This document shows positions 24,105 to 36,220 of a stretch of 64,000 nt of DNA, one piece after another (positions within the stretch are counted from its first letter, which is position 1; each line of letters opens with the position of its first letter). Made by a program: the position numbers and the translations under genes. The notes beneath the pieces are model-generated. The model had not been told where the DNA came from and did no database searches. It worked only from the letters and a program-made list of their open reading frames with translations. Origin of the DNA: Priapulus caudatus. Taxonomy: Eukaryota. The stretch is from positions 854,113 through 918,112 of the forward strand of contig NW_014577066.1 in the NCBI RefSeq assembly GCF_000485595.1. Direction: 5' to 3'.

Positions 24105-26939
24105 ATGGCATCCAGTGTGGAACAGGAAGCCGGTACGTCTGCTGATGCACCTGACGCTGGCGACACGAAACAGAAAAGGGGATTCCAACCACTGAAAAGC
24201 ATGAGGAAGTTTTTTTCCCGCAAGCCGCAAAAATCCGGCGAGAAGAAATCAAAGTCCACGAGCCAACTCGATGCCGTGCCTGCCGAATCGGCCTATCACA
24301 AACCGAGCGCCGGCGCATCGGGCTTGAGCAGGTCACATGACGACGTTTTTGCCGCGAGCCACGCGGAAACAGAGAAGCTGGGCATAGCTGCCGTGTCGAT
24401 GGAGGTTCTGCCGCAGGCGGGTCGGCCGTGGAACGTCTCGATGGACAGCGAGGACGAGGGCCTTCCGCATTCACCTTACAACGTGTCGTCGACCAGCGAC
24501 GTGCCCAATCCACCCGAGTCGAGAACGAAATCTGCCTCGAAGGCATACAGTAGCGACAACAGCCTCCTGAGCATCAGCAGCCTCGACGAGGACGAGTCAC
24601 AGGAGCAGCCGGGGATAGACTTTGACACGGATGCGTCGCAGGTTAAGAGCTTAAGCAGCGCGGCGGCGCGGCACAAGATCGCCATTCGCCCGCAGCAGAG
24701 GCGGCGACCGCGCTTCAAGCCCATCCCCGAAGACCCGCTGCCCCCGACGCCCGAGCTGCCGGAAGATGCTGCGGAAGACGCTTCGCCGACGACAACGTGC
24801 GCGCCGCTCGTCGTCACGACGACGACTCCAGAGCCGAAGCCGCGCGAGAAGAAGTCGACGTTCGCCGGCGTCAAGCGTAAGCTGTCGCGACGCGACAAGG
24901 AGCACAAGCCGCGCAAGATCTTGGAGACGTCGTCGACGACGAAGAAGGACGACAGTCCGGGTTTCTTCGCGCGCATGAAGCGCTCGCTCCAGCGCAAGTC
25001 GACGCGCGAGTCGAAGTCGGCACCAAACTCGCCGACGCGCGGCACCGACAAGCCGCCGGACGCAGCGGCAAAGCACAGGTCAGCTAGTCAGCTTGAGGGG
25101 CTTCCTTCCCCCGTCGAGTCGGGCGCGCTCGCGCTGGCATACGACGAGAAGGTGACGAGCAAGCCGCCGATAGCCGGCATTCACTTCACGAAACGGGGCG
25201 AGGGCTACCGCGCCGCAGACGACGCGGGCAGTCCCACGACGAAGCAGCCGAAGACGTACAAGAGGTCCGTCTCGAAGGACGCGCAGACGCCCGACGCGAG
25301 GCACTTGCAGCCGGGCAAGAAGTCCGACGACATTCGCCGAACGAAGAGCGAGCGGATATCGCGCGAGCGCTCACCTGCCGCCGCCGCTGCCGGCCAGGAC
25401 ACGGCCGCCGCTCCCGTGAGCAAGCTGAGCCGCGACGCGAAGGCGCTTTCGATGAGCGAGCTCGCGGTGGAGGCGGCCGAGCGCGGGGGGCACGTGCTGC
25501 GGCCCCGCGACGCGGTGGCTACAGCGCAGCGCGGCGACGACGCCGATGACAGCGAGAGCGAGTTCTCGAAGGCGGTGGCGGGGATCACGAAGCGCGTTGA
25601 TGCGACGAAGCTCGAGTCGCTCGAGAAGAAGCGGCAGAGCGGCAGCGAGGCGGAGGAGGGCGCTGGCGAGGCGTTGCCGCGCGTCGTCCTGCGGAAGACT
25701 CGCCGTGCCGAGCAGCTCGTCGAATCACATGTCGAGTGTCCGCCTTCGCCGCCGCCGATATTTCAGCCGTCGCCGCCAAAGCTAAAACATCGGCCCTCTC
25801 CACCGCAGCCACAACATCAGCCCTCTCTTCCACAGCCGAAACATCAGCCCTCTTTGCCACAGCCGAAATTTCAGCCCTCACCGGCACAGCCGAAATTTCA
25901 GCCCTCGCCGCCACAGCCAAAGCATCAGCCCTCGCCGCCACAGCCAAAACGTCGGCCCTCGCCGCCACCGCCGAAACGTCCACCCTCACCGCCACAGGCC
26001 AAACATCCACCCTCTCCGCAGTGGAAACCCCCACGTCCATCTGCTCAGAAACCTCGCCCTGCGTCTCACAAGCCCGAGTCTATCATCCCCAAGCCAGCGC
26101 GCCGCGTCCCAGAGCACGCGCCCACGTCCGAGATCGCTGGCATTCCGAAACGTAACTCGGCCGAGGTGGAAATACTGAGGAAGGCGCCTGCGACTAACGA
26201 TCGGGCGTCATCCCGCGAAGCCCTACCAGTGGCTTCGTCGCGGGAAGCTGCACCGTTGGCGTCTTCGAACAGCGTTAAGTCGTCGCACGCTGACAGCTTC
26301 CTGAGCGAAGTCATGTTCGAGCTGTCTTCCTCGCCCACCGTCGAGCAACCTTCGTGCCAAAGTCCGTCGCCCGAGCTCGCAAACAGCTGGACACGGCCGG
26401 AGAAGAACGTCGACATTGTCATCGTCGACAAAGAACGCAGACCCGTCCCCGACGAGACGCCGCCTCGTCCTGCGAGAAGTCGGACGCTGCCCGGCGTCGA
26501 CGCCGCGGACGTCGAGCGTGCGCAGGCGGTGATCGCCGCGGCTAAGCGCGCGGATGCGGGCCGCGAGCGCAGCCACACGCAGCCGGTCAGCGAGGGCGAC
26601 GTCGCGCGCGCGGAGCGGACACTGCGCGCGCCGGACGCGGACGCCGTCGCCGCGACGACGGTGCGCGCGGCCGCGTCTCGGGCGCCGCCGCGGAAGCTGG
26701 AGCTGCGTGAGGGCGTCGCCGGCAGCGGCGGAGACGAGGCGCCGTCCTGGGTCGTGCTGGCGCAGCGCAAGCACGAGAGGTACAGCATCGATGGGCAGGA
26801 GAACGAGCTGAGAGACGGTACGAGCGCGCCGGCGGCGTTGGAGCCGGAACAGAAGGCGGCGGCAAAGGCAGAGGTCACCGACAACCGGCGATCGTCACGG
26901 GTGCTCGAGATGGTAAATAACTTCCAGAAGCTGCAGTAG
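24105..26939 (+). CDS. CRACD/KIAA1211-like (DUF4592) protein, single-exon CDS, 944 aa, with a proline-rich repeat region
   Basis: Long GC3-rich ORF. Short motifs recall the CRACD/KIAA1211/KIAA1210 family: FQPLKSMRKFFSRK, LSRSHDDVF, SMDSEDEGLPHSP, LSSAAARHKIAIRPQQRR and the C-terminal PSWVVLAQRK. A splice acceptor (tttattcctttcag) ends at 23961 in the 5' UTR. The rest of the protein is low-complexity, so the family call rests on short motifs. Confidence 0.72.
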   Translation: MASSVEQEAGTSADAPDAGDTKQKRGFQPLKSMRKFFSRKPQKSGEKKSKSTSQLDAVPAESAYHKPSAGASGLSRSHDDVFAASHAETEKLGIAAVSMEVLPQAGRPWNVSMDSEDEGLPHSPYNVSSTSDVPNPPESRTKSASKAYSSDNSLLSISSLDEDESQEQPGIDFDTDASQVKSLSSAAARHKIAIRPQQRRRPRFKPIPEDPLPPTPELPEDAAEDASPTTTCAPLVVTTTTPEPKPREKKSTFAGVKRKLSRRDKEHKPRKILETSSTTKKDDSPGFFARMKRSLQRKSTRESKSAPNSPTRGTDKPPDAAAKHRSASQLEGLPSPVESGALALAYDEKVTSKPPIAGIHFTKRGEGYRAADDAGSPTTKQPKTYKRSVSKDAQTPDARHLQPGKKSDDIRRTKSERISRERSPAAAAAGQDTAAAPVSKLSRDAKALSMSELAVEAAERGGHVLRPRDAVATAQRGDDADDSESEFSKAVAGITKRVDATKLESLEKKRQSGSEAEEGAGEALPRVVLRKTRRAEQLVESHVECPPSPPPIFQPSPPKLKHRPSPPQPQHQPSLPQPKHQPSLPQPKFQPSPAQPKFQPSPPQPKHQPSPPQPKRRPSPPPPKRPPSPPQAKHPPSPQWKPPRPSAQKPRPASHKPESIIPKPARRVPEHAPTSEIAGIPKRNSAEVEILRKAPATNDRASSREALPVASSREAAPLASSNSVKSSHADSFLSEVMFELSSSPTVEQPSCQSPSPELANSWTRPEKNVDIVIVDKERRPVPDETPPRPARSRTLPGVDAADVERAQAVIAAAKRADAGRERSHTQPVSEGDVARAERTLRAPDADAVAATTVRAAASRAPPRKLELREGVAGSGGDEAPSWVVLAQRKHERYSIDGQENELRDGTSAPAALEPEQKAAAKAEVTDNRRSSRVLEMVNNFQKLQ
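25738..26040 (+). repeat. Coding 27-bp tandem repeat encoding QPSPPQPKH-like units
   Basis: About 10 variants of CAGCCCTCGCCGCCACAGCCAAAGCAT, in frame within the 944-aa ORF. Confidence 0.85.
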
Positions 26940-29056
26940 GTCATGTTGTTTCGTTTCGGGTTGTTGCTGGTTTAAAAAAAATGCTACTAAGTACTTCTAC
27001 TTTCCTTTGCTCTTCCCAGCTCACTTTCACACTGAAGGGGAACAGAGTAGGGATTCATTTGCATATGTGCGCGTGACGTAGATGGAAGGATGGAAAACTA
27101 GTTATCGGCTTGTATGCGTTTGTGAATTAAGATATTCTGTACCTGTCTTGCTCAGAGGAAATGTTTTAAACGCTATACTTCATTTCCTAGTATTGCATCT
27201 GTAATTGATGTGCTAATGGCAAGGATTCTGCCTAATTATATATATATATATATATAATCGGAGATTCTATAAACACCATATTGCGAACAAATGGGTAGCC
27301 ACAGCTTGCAGCACTGCTGTATCCACTTCTGCTTTCCCCGATCGGATTCCCCGAGGTATTGGAGGAACTCCTTGTTGTACATTTGTAAATATGTGTCGTT
27401 TGCAACTCTGTGATGTTTTACCACCATTGTTGTGTGTGCACGGAGTCGGTAACGAAATCCTGAAAACGATTTGTCGGGCAGTTTCCAGGTGGCCGTACGC
27501 ATGCGATCTGTGCATTAAAGTACGTGTAAGCAGTAAACTTTACATACATGTACGTGCGTGCACGTATGTGCCATGTTAATTTCACCGGGAAGATGCCTCT
27601 GAGCCTTGTGTTTTGTTTTGCACTGGTTGACTTGTGAATTGGCATTGATGAAGCATCTAACCATCGTGTAATGTCTTCACCACTCCCGCAATTGCACGTC
27701 TCTGCAGTTCCGTAACTGATGACCTCCACGAGGATTTCCTCTCAATCAGTGCCAAACTGTTCACTGTATATGTACTATTAGATAGAGCGTGGGACCTGGT
27801 AGAATTATTAACCGACTTTCAGGTTGGTCGGTGTTCTGCTCAAAGGGCGTGGATGGGTGGGGGTTGTCTTCGTGATGATGTGTCAGTGCTTGTGATGGTG
27901 CCGGGTGGCAGACAGCCCACGATTGTGCACTGATAGTAAGGAACGCACGCTGTGAAAATCGTCAGGGTAACCTCTCTGGACGACGCAGCTATCTGCCAAT
28001 AGATTTTTACCATTATGCTGGAAATTGCCGGAAACCTGTCTCTCGTCTGGCGTGAGATTTCTGCGCGGCTAGGAATGTTGTACTGGCCCGCGTGCGCGTC
28101 GCACGAACGCACGCAGCGTGCGCAAGTTCAACGTTTGATAGTGAACTTTTGCTGCATGCGCGTGAGTATGTTGTTGCGTACACCTGCGAGAGAGCGAGAG
28201 CGTATTTTTCCTCGTGTGGAATGACAGATGATGAATGCTTGTGTTACGCAGGATGGCATCTAATAGACGCCGTTGCACATGTATTAGGACGGAACCGATT
28301 TGTTTCGTCATTTGGCATCAGTGGATGCAAATACAGTCGGGGAAAATGTAGAGAGAAATGTAATGAGAGGTGGGTTGAGTGAGCGAGCGATAGATATAAG
28401 CATAGAGAGAACTAGATAAAGAGGGCGCATGCCTCCGCGTGCGTACGCGCGTGCTTGAGTCTGTGCATGCGTGATTGCATGCGTGAGATAGCGAGCAAAT
28501 AAGAAAGGGGGCGAGGAGAGAGAGAAAGAGGGAGAGCGAGAGAGATAAAAAGAGGAGAAAGGTGAGTTAAGAAATAAGTACAGTGGGAGACTGCGCTTGT
28601 AAGTGATGTATTAACATTGTTGGTTTCTTTCATCAGCTGTGTGTGAACACCGTTGTGTTATATTGTATATATAGATATATTATATTTAACCCCACTAACC
28701 TGCTGTGATGAAGTGCCTTTTTTAAATACCAAAAATTTCAGAGCAGGAAAAGTGTAGTGTAAACTGCTATTTTTCCATAAAGTTCTAGACTATTTTACAA
28801 TAAGCTTGTGTGCTCGAGAGGAAAAGCAAACGTTCTTTTCAATCTATATTAGTATTGGCTTAAATTAGGCAGGTAAATAGGCTAAATTTACTAACTACCT
28901 GTAGGTATAGTAAAATAAACGTATGAGCGACGTAGCAGCTAAGTGTATGTAATAATAAGAGAATGATGTTAATTCGCTTCTGTAACTTATATCACGAGCT
29001 CATATGTACTGGAGCAATAGCATGCGGTCTGTATGCAAATAGTTAATGTGCTCTTG

Positions 29057-29097
<41 letters not shown>

Positions 29098-30033
29098 TAC
29101 AGTTAATGGTGCAATTATATAATACGCGCGAAGTACCGTGTGTAAACCCAATCGTAATATAACGCGGTTAAATAGCCCACGCAGCCGTTTAAAAAACAGG
29201 CTTTATGGCACTCGTGTACTCGTGTTTGGGGTGCGTGCATGTGAGTATTTTTACTCATGCAGGTGTGGCCTAACAACACCCACGTAGTTATCCTCATGTA
29301 GCTGAAGAGACGTATATACATACATAAGCCCTCTATTTAGCATGCCTGTATTTGTGTAAGCATTTATTTTAGACGTGTTTGGGGGCCTCTTCATCAATCA
29401 TGAAACAAAACCACAACGACAATAAGTGCGATTGTTTCATTTCGAGACGAGTGGAAATAACGAGGTAGTGTTTTACGGTAGGAATAGTCGAACAACAGCA
29501 CCTCTTGAACTATATATGTAGGCTGTGTGGAAGCTTGACGCGTGCCGGCAGTGACGCCTGCAGTGGGCGTCGTAGGCTGCTGCGCAGGTGATCACGTGGC
29601 ATGCGCCTAGTTCCCACAGCGGGTATCTATAGGTTCAGTATTATAGCGTGCCGGTCCTTGGATTTAGAGCATTAAAATGTGCTGGATCTATAAAACAATA
29701 GAAACTAAATTCTTGTCGAGGCGATGGCGCATGCGCAACCAGTGACGCGGACGCTCGAGGTGCGCTAGAAACGAGCTTTTATGGTAACATATAAATTACC
29801 TATAGCGCTGTATGAGTGGGGTCGTCGACTGTTGCGCACCTCCCACATACCTGAACGCCTCCTCCCGTGCTTCTGAAATTTATACTCCCAGTCGTTGCAT
29901 GTTGCCTTATCCGACGCTAATCGGCCACATAAAGCTGCATGTATGGCATGACTAGCGAGTTTCTGCGTGCATCTGCCCTATCCGAAACTAGGCTGTCACG
30001 TAATGTTGACGTGGCATTTCTTATGCCACATAT

Positions 30034-30071
30034 CAAGAGTAGATAATAAAACCTTTTATTATTTACTCTTG
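30034..30071. mobile_element. 38-bp palindromic mini-element (CARGAG family) with a 7-bp TSD
   Basis: CACATAT|CAAGAGTAGATAATAAAA-CC-TTTTATTATTTACTCTTG|CACATAT. Confidence 0.8.
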
Positions 30072-30148
30072 CACATATATACCTCGTCCTCCTTCACCTG
30101 CTGGAATAATACGCACGCATACACGCACACTCACACATGCGCGCTCGC

Positions 30149-30161
30149 ACACACACACATG

Positions 30162-30230
<69 letters not shown>
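30149..30230. repeat. (CA)n microsatellite
   Basis: Long CA run, directly visible. Confidence 0.95.
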
Positions 30231-30235
<5 letters not shown>

Positions 30236-30717
30236 TTTGCATCTTCCGTAGACACGAGCACGGAGGAATTCTGGGTTGTAACTTGTAAATGAAAATCTTG
30301 GGGATTCGTATATATGTCTATGACTGGCGCTATACGTTCACGATTACGTAGATCGAGTGCTTCGAGATACGTTACAACCCTCTATACTACTACTAATTGA
30401 CGCTCTCCGAGCTGTCACAAGATATAGGACATATACGCATGTAGTTTTCGCTCCCTGTCGACATGATCGCATGCATGTATGCTTTTATTTTTTCCCCATA
30501 TTTTGTGCAAATGACCTGTTGACGGCGCGTGGCGTTGAGCCGCCAAGTTGCGCGCGCTTCGTCAGGTGCTTAGTTGAAACTCTACGGACACGCTAGCACT
30601 CGGCTTGTGAATACGCGTGCCCTGCGTGGTTTGCAATTTGACGTCGTAACTGCAGTTTGCCCGTGTATTTGAATTCGTCCCGCTGTGATTCTGTGGTTGT
30701 GAGTGTTTCCGTGTATG

Positions 30718-30734
30718 TGCCACCAGGGGGCGAC
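30718..30734 (+). promoter_or_regulatory. CTCF-like motif
   Basis: TGCCACCAGGGGGCGAC closely matches the bilaterian CTCF core CCACCAGGGGGCGC; motif match only. Confidence 0.4.
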
Positions 30735-33111
30735 GTGAACGCGTGCCGATTGCCGATGTGTTTTAACTTTCGTCGATGGTGTGGCGTCGTGTTAGTTTCT
30801 TAAATGGATATATATATATATATATATATAATATAATCACATAGAACAAAACCGTCTACGTAGTAGTTGCCGAATGCAGGGACGTGAGTGGGGGAATTCG
30901 AACTTTGAAACTTTTTTGCCGGCTGCGTCGGGTATATATTTTATCAACTGCATTTGTTACCTCTGTACACACGAGACCTGTCCAAGAAATGTTGGTGCTG
31001 ATATTTTGATCTACTATATATTTTTGGCGCGATCGTGTCGTAGTTGTGAGCTAGCATGTGCTCACTTGCTCATCTTAAGCTGTTTCACACGTTGCTGTTT
31101 CTGGCTTCTCTCGCGCCGCCTCGCATTTTCCTCCTAAATTGTGTTCTAGGATCTCATTACCTCATTTCCCAGTGTCGCACGAAATGGGAAATTGACGAAA
31201 TCCATAGCTTGAGCTAATACGAGATTAGCTCTTCCATTGCAGCCCTTCGCACAGCCATAGGTCATTATGGCAGTGATAATTACAGAAGTGTCAGTCCAGT
31301 AATCCATTTCGATGGCGGCGTAGAAAAGTAAGTGTGCGCACAGAGCTTATAGGATCGCTATGCTGCCCCATCACATCCTCAATGATGTAACCCGTTTACC
31401 TTTGATGTGGTGTGTATGTGTATATGGTAGTATGTCTACCTGCGGTCAGCTCCCAATCCTGCTTACGACACGTCTATGTTTTGTAATAATATGAATGTCA
31501 TATTCTTATAAACATTTTTAAGGGGCGCATTCTGACATTGCTCCAGTCGCTCGAAGGCACTCTCCGTCTGGCACTTGCATGTGTTACGAGTTCCAATAAA
31601 CCGTACATACAAAAACCATTGAGCTGCGTATGCGCCAGTGAAGCGCTGCCAAGTATACTATCACTACCGTGTGTAGTGGGCTGTTAAGAAAAAGAGCGCG
31701 CAAGCTCTATTAATCGCTGGTGGAGGGGTTCTGCTGCAAACTGGGAGTGCATGAGGGTACCTCAATGCCAGATTGTGTCCTATTAAATCCTTGTCAGCTC
31801 CTTTCTCCGCCTTATAAATTATAATGAAGGTGCTACCGCAGTGACTGCCATTTGTGGGGACATCAGACTATTTTGTGCTACGCAGCTCTGCCGGTAGTTG
31901 TCGTTTCATGCTAGTTAAATAAGCACCTACTCTAAACGCGTGTCAACAAAACTGGATGCTAGGGTTTTGTCGAGTGAACGCCGTTAGTATATCTTCATGT
32001 AATGCACGTGTTAACGGCAAGTTGTAGTTGTGAAATCTAGTATTATATTCCACTATACCCTTATATCGGATATGCTGCTGTTACCTGTAGTATTACATGT
32101 CACTGTTAACTATTTAAGTATATTCTTCTATGTTACTTTACGCAAACCGAAAATACCACAGACAGCCTAACCGCATATATATACNNNNNNNNNNCATATA
32201 GCATATGGAACATAAATATATATAACATATAGAACATAGACACATATAACACAAAACGCATGCGCGTGCACGCACACACACACACGCGCGCGCGCACACG
32301 AACACGCACGCACACACACACACGCATGAACGCACACGCACACAAACACACCCGAACGCACTAACGCACGCGCACGCACGTATACGTACACACGCGCACA
32401 TATAGTGACACGCACGCATATATATATATATATTATAAACTAGGCTTCATAACACGATAGTTGTGATCGAGTGTAGTCAAGATAGATCCATATATTATTG
32501 CTGCACTGTTTGTGCGTGTGGTTGTTTCACTGTACGGACCGTTCTGCAGAGTTCTGGAGTGCAGACTTCACATGCCTGCGAATGGTTATGTAATCGCCAT
32601 GACAATAAAGTACATACCCGTCAATATTCACAATAACCTCGCTGTTGTCGTGTATGTGTGTGGGGCGCGCGTACAGGCGGGCGGGTAGGCACAGAGCGTG
32701 CGTTGTCTTAGGACAAAGGATTGATAGTCAGCAGTATACGGACCATCCGGTCCCTGAGGACGGTGGCAGCGAGATCTCTATGGTGCAGGCTGACAGATAG
32801 GCAACGGGTACCTTCCGCTGCTACTGCTTTACATTCATGTGTTGCCGCAGGGTGGCGAAGCGGTTAGTTGCCCACACGCGCGAGTGTTTACATTCTTCGT
32901 GCTCATTAGCTGTGTACACACCGACCAATGTCATAAACAAAGTCCTATGTTTCCGGGAAACTCTGTGTGTACATACGTGCGTGCGTGTCTGCGTGGTGTG
33001 CGTGTGTGCGTACGTGCGTGCGTGCATGTGAGTAGGCAATGTAGTCGAGTGTAGGCTAACAAGCTGGTGCATTGTGGTTCCTACACACGAAACGCTATCC
33101 ATCTATCAACA

Positions 33112-33158
<47 letters not shown>

Positions 33159-34892
33159 TTTTATACGGACCTAGATATTCACGATAAGAAAAGTCCAATG
33201 AATGTTTCATTATTATATATCTTTATTTTACTGATGCCTACATACAACCGAGTGATAAATGACATTTATTATTTACACGTTATATACAATCAAATATCAC
33301 TAGAACAGCAAAATTTACTTAGCTAAGCAATGACTAAACCGCACATGTAGGGATGCATGACAACTATACATCCATTAGTGACAAGTTTGGTCGTCGAGAT
33401 ACAGATATATAAGGTACTTTTATAGTGAGATTTCACTCATTAAAAGATTTGCAGTATGCCAGTAAACATTGAGCAGAAGCGTGATAACGTTAACTGATGT
33501 TGCCTTGTCACGTCCTACACGTAGACGATTCGTTGCATGTGGCATTCAACTTCAGTTTTATTGTTTTTCTCCAGAAATATCTCGTCTCATACAGTGATAT
33601 AGAAAAATTCTGCACCAGCTGAATGGCTAGAGAGCAAACGCGCGATGCAGTCTGGTTACTTCATGCGCAAAACTCGAATAGGCTACATAACACCACACGA
33701 ACAATATTGTACACTAGCATTACTGGCTATAGCACATGAAAGACAACGCTGAAAACTTGGTAAAACATCGTCGCTTCATTTGAGACCATTTTTACCAGTT
33801 TATCCGAATTAAATAGGTGCTACTATGTATCTACGCACACATATACAACGATATTACGCCAAATTCACGCGTGCAAAAATGAGCCCGTATAGAATTTATT
33901 TTTTACTGACGTTACCAAGAGCACATGCATTGTTTATGTGCTACTGACGTTATCATATTAACCATGCTCTAGCTATATGATTCAACTTTCATATGATTCT
34001 AATTTTTATCACAATAGTTTCACAGACTGGCTTGCTACAAATAAAACCAAATAAAAAGCGAAACAAATTTAAGCATTCAAGCGTATACGGATAAAAAAGC
34101 TCCCGAATAGCGTAAAATAAGCCTAAAATAATGTAAAATAAAATTCTAACTAAACTAAAATAAAGTAGCTGATCATGTGCTGCCGAGAAGAGAGCGAATT
34201 TCTAACATTAACGAGGGGAGTACATTTTTTAAGAAAGGCATAGTTATTAGAGCACATATAAACCAAAATCATTGCTAGCTAAACGAATTACGAGCCGCAG
34301 TCAGCCAGGAAGGTTCAAAAGATTAACAGCACGTGCTATTATGAATCAGATTATTCTGTGCTACACACAAGTCAACTACTGCTAAGGATCTACACGCATT
34401 ATTATTTGTCATAATATCATTGACAGGGGTTCTCTCTTTTTCAGGGGACATCAAATTTTGCACAGCCAATGAATTGTAATGCTTATTATCACAGCTTTTG
34501 CTTTTCCTCTTCGTCCTCGCGCACGCTTAGCGGTCTATGATAATATGTGTACATACATGTGCACGTTGAAAATTTAAACAGATTGCGCCACCTCGCGAGA
34601 ACGTACGCAAGGTTTTACAACTGTTCTCTCTGCGCTCTTCGGCACATCACGTTCAGCTGCGCTAAACGCAATAGTGCCCGGGATGTCTAAACCAAAAGAG
34701 CGAGTGATATTTATGAGCATAAACACCTACTTATCAAGAAGCGCCAAGAGACGCTCACCTATGAATAAGCAGTGTCTGTATAAGCAGCTACGAATATAGC
34801 ATAAACACACTGAAGACATCAAGAGCGATACATTCGCCCTGCCCAGTGTCGCGAGCAGATGCTGTAGTTTGGCGCACCCTGGTGGCGAACTT

Positions 34893-36154
34893 CTATCTGT
34901 ATTTCCACCTTGCTCGCTGGTCCTGAATTTGCGTTACGAGGCGAAGTGACAGAAATATGCCGAGAAGCTAGAAACATAAGAACAACAATACGTAGTATCC
35001 AGTAGAAACTATGCATCATGACAAATGGAAAGCTTGGAAAGCCTTCTTTGTAAACGTTGCAACCATTTTCTTTTCTGTTTGGCTCATAGAATAGTCAAAC
35101 AGGCTTCGCCCAACGAAACGCCATTTGCTTATCACGCGAGAATGTTTGGGTTAAATCTCCTGTTAGATGCACACCGTGGGCGTTAGTATAATAGGTATAC
35201 AAGAAATAGAATGAACCAATCATTATGATCATTATGATCATTATCAGAATGAGCCAATCATTATATACCACCGGCCCGCGTCGTTTCTTTCTGTGCTTAC
35301 CATAGGAATGATGATGCCAAATGCACATCCTCCAAATATGAGAGCATTGGATTCCATCCACTGCATTATCACAGGGTAGCAACCATCCGTGTATATCTTA
35401 TCTCGCACCTCGAGCTCCTGTATCAACAATTTTAAAGAATACAGCTGATGTGTAAGCGTGCAATCATTAGTTATACGTATATTACCTACCGACATGATAC
35501 AAAAAGCATTTTAATTCCTCATCATAATATCTTCATAGTGGAAACTTAGAGCAACGAATTTAATGTGATTTTGCTTTATTTTATCAACTACGCATGTTGG
35601 GAAGCTGCCTCCGAGAAATGTAATGATATAATAAAGCCATCTTACTCGCAAATAGTTTTGAGAACTGTACAACACCGCGTATATTATTGTTTCCGTACAC
35701 AGCCATGAAGGAACTTTCTAATCAATACCACCGGGAATTTCCCATTTCCGAGCAGACAATTAATATTCGAGCCTGATTATTGGGCCATATGTGTTATGTG
35801 CTATCGCTGATGAAATACGCTGAGAGTACAGCTGTGGCCTTATATGATGCATTAATGACACTACGGGCGCCGGTACAAATTCTACGAGGCTCATTAAAAT
35901 CTACATATCACCGAACAGCCTTTGGGGTTAACAGCCCGACAGCTGTGCATTGAGAGCCGTGACGAAATACTTACTAGTCTGTCTGTAGTGTGAAACCCAC
36001 ACATCACGTTTATCATTTCATTCTGTGGAAAAGACACAATGCAGTGTACACATCCCCGAACAAGAATGCACACAGGCAGGTGTGACGAATCCTTTCATAA
36101 TTTAGAAACATCTAAAGGCCTCGCCCTCTTTACCCACCTCTCTCTTCCTCTCTT

Positions 36155-36220
<66 letters not shown>

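Noticed and set aside
24476..26944. Antisense and frame-shifted ORFs over the 944-aa gene
   Set aside because: Shadows of a GC-rich, repeat-containing CDS.
34819..35019. 66-aa ORF listed at the tetraspanin 3' end
   Set aside because: Wrong frame; the true last exon (34893-34967, LLGIFLSLRLVTQIQDQRARWKYR) is in another frame.
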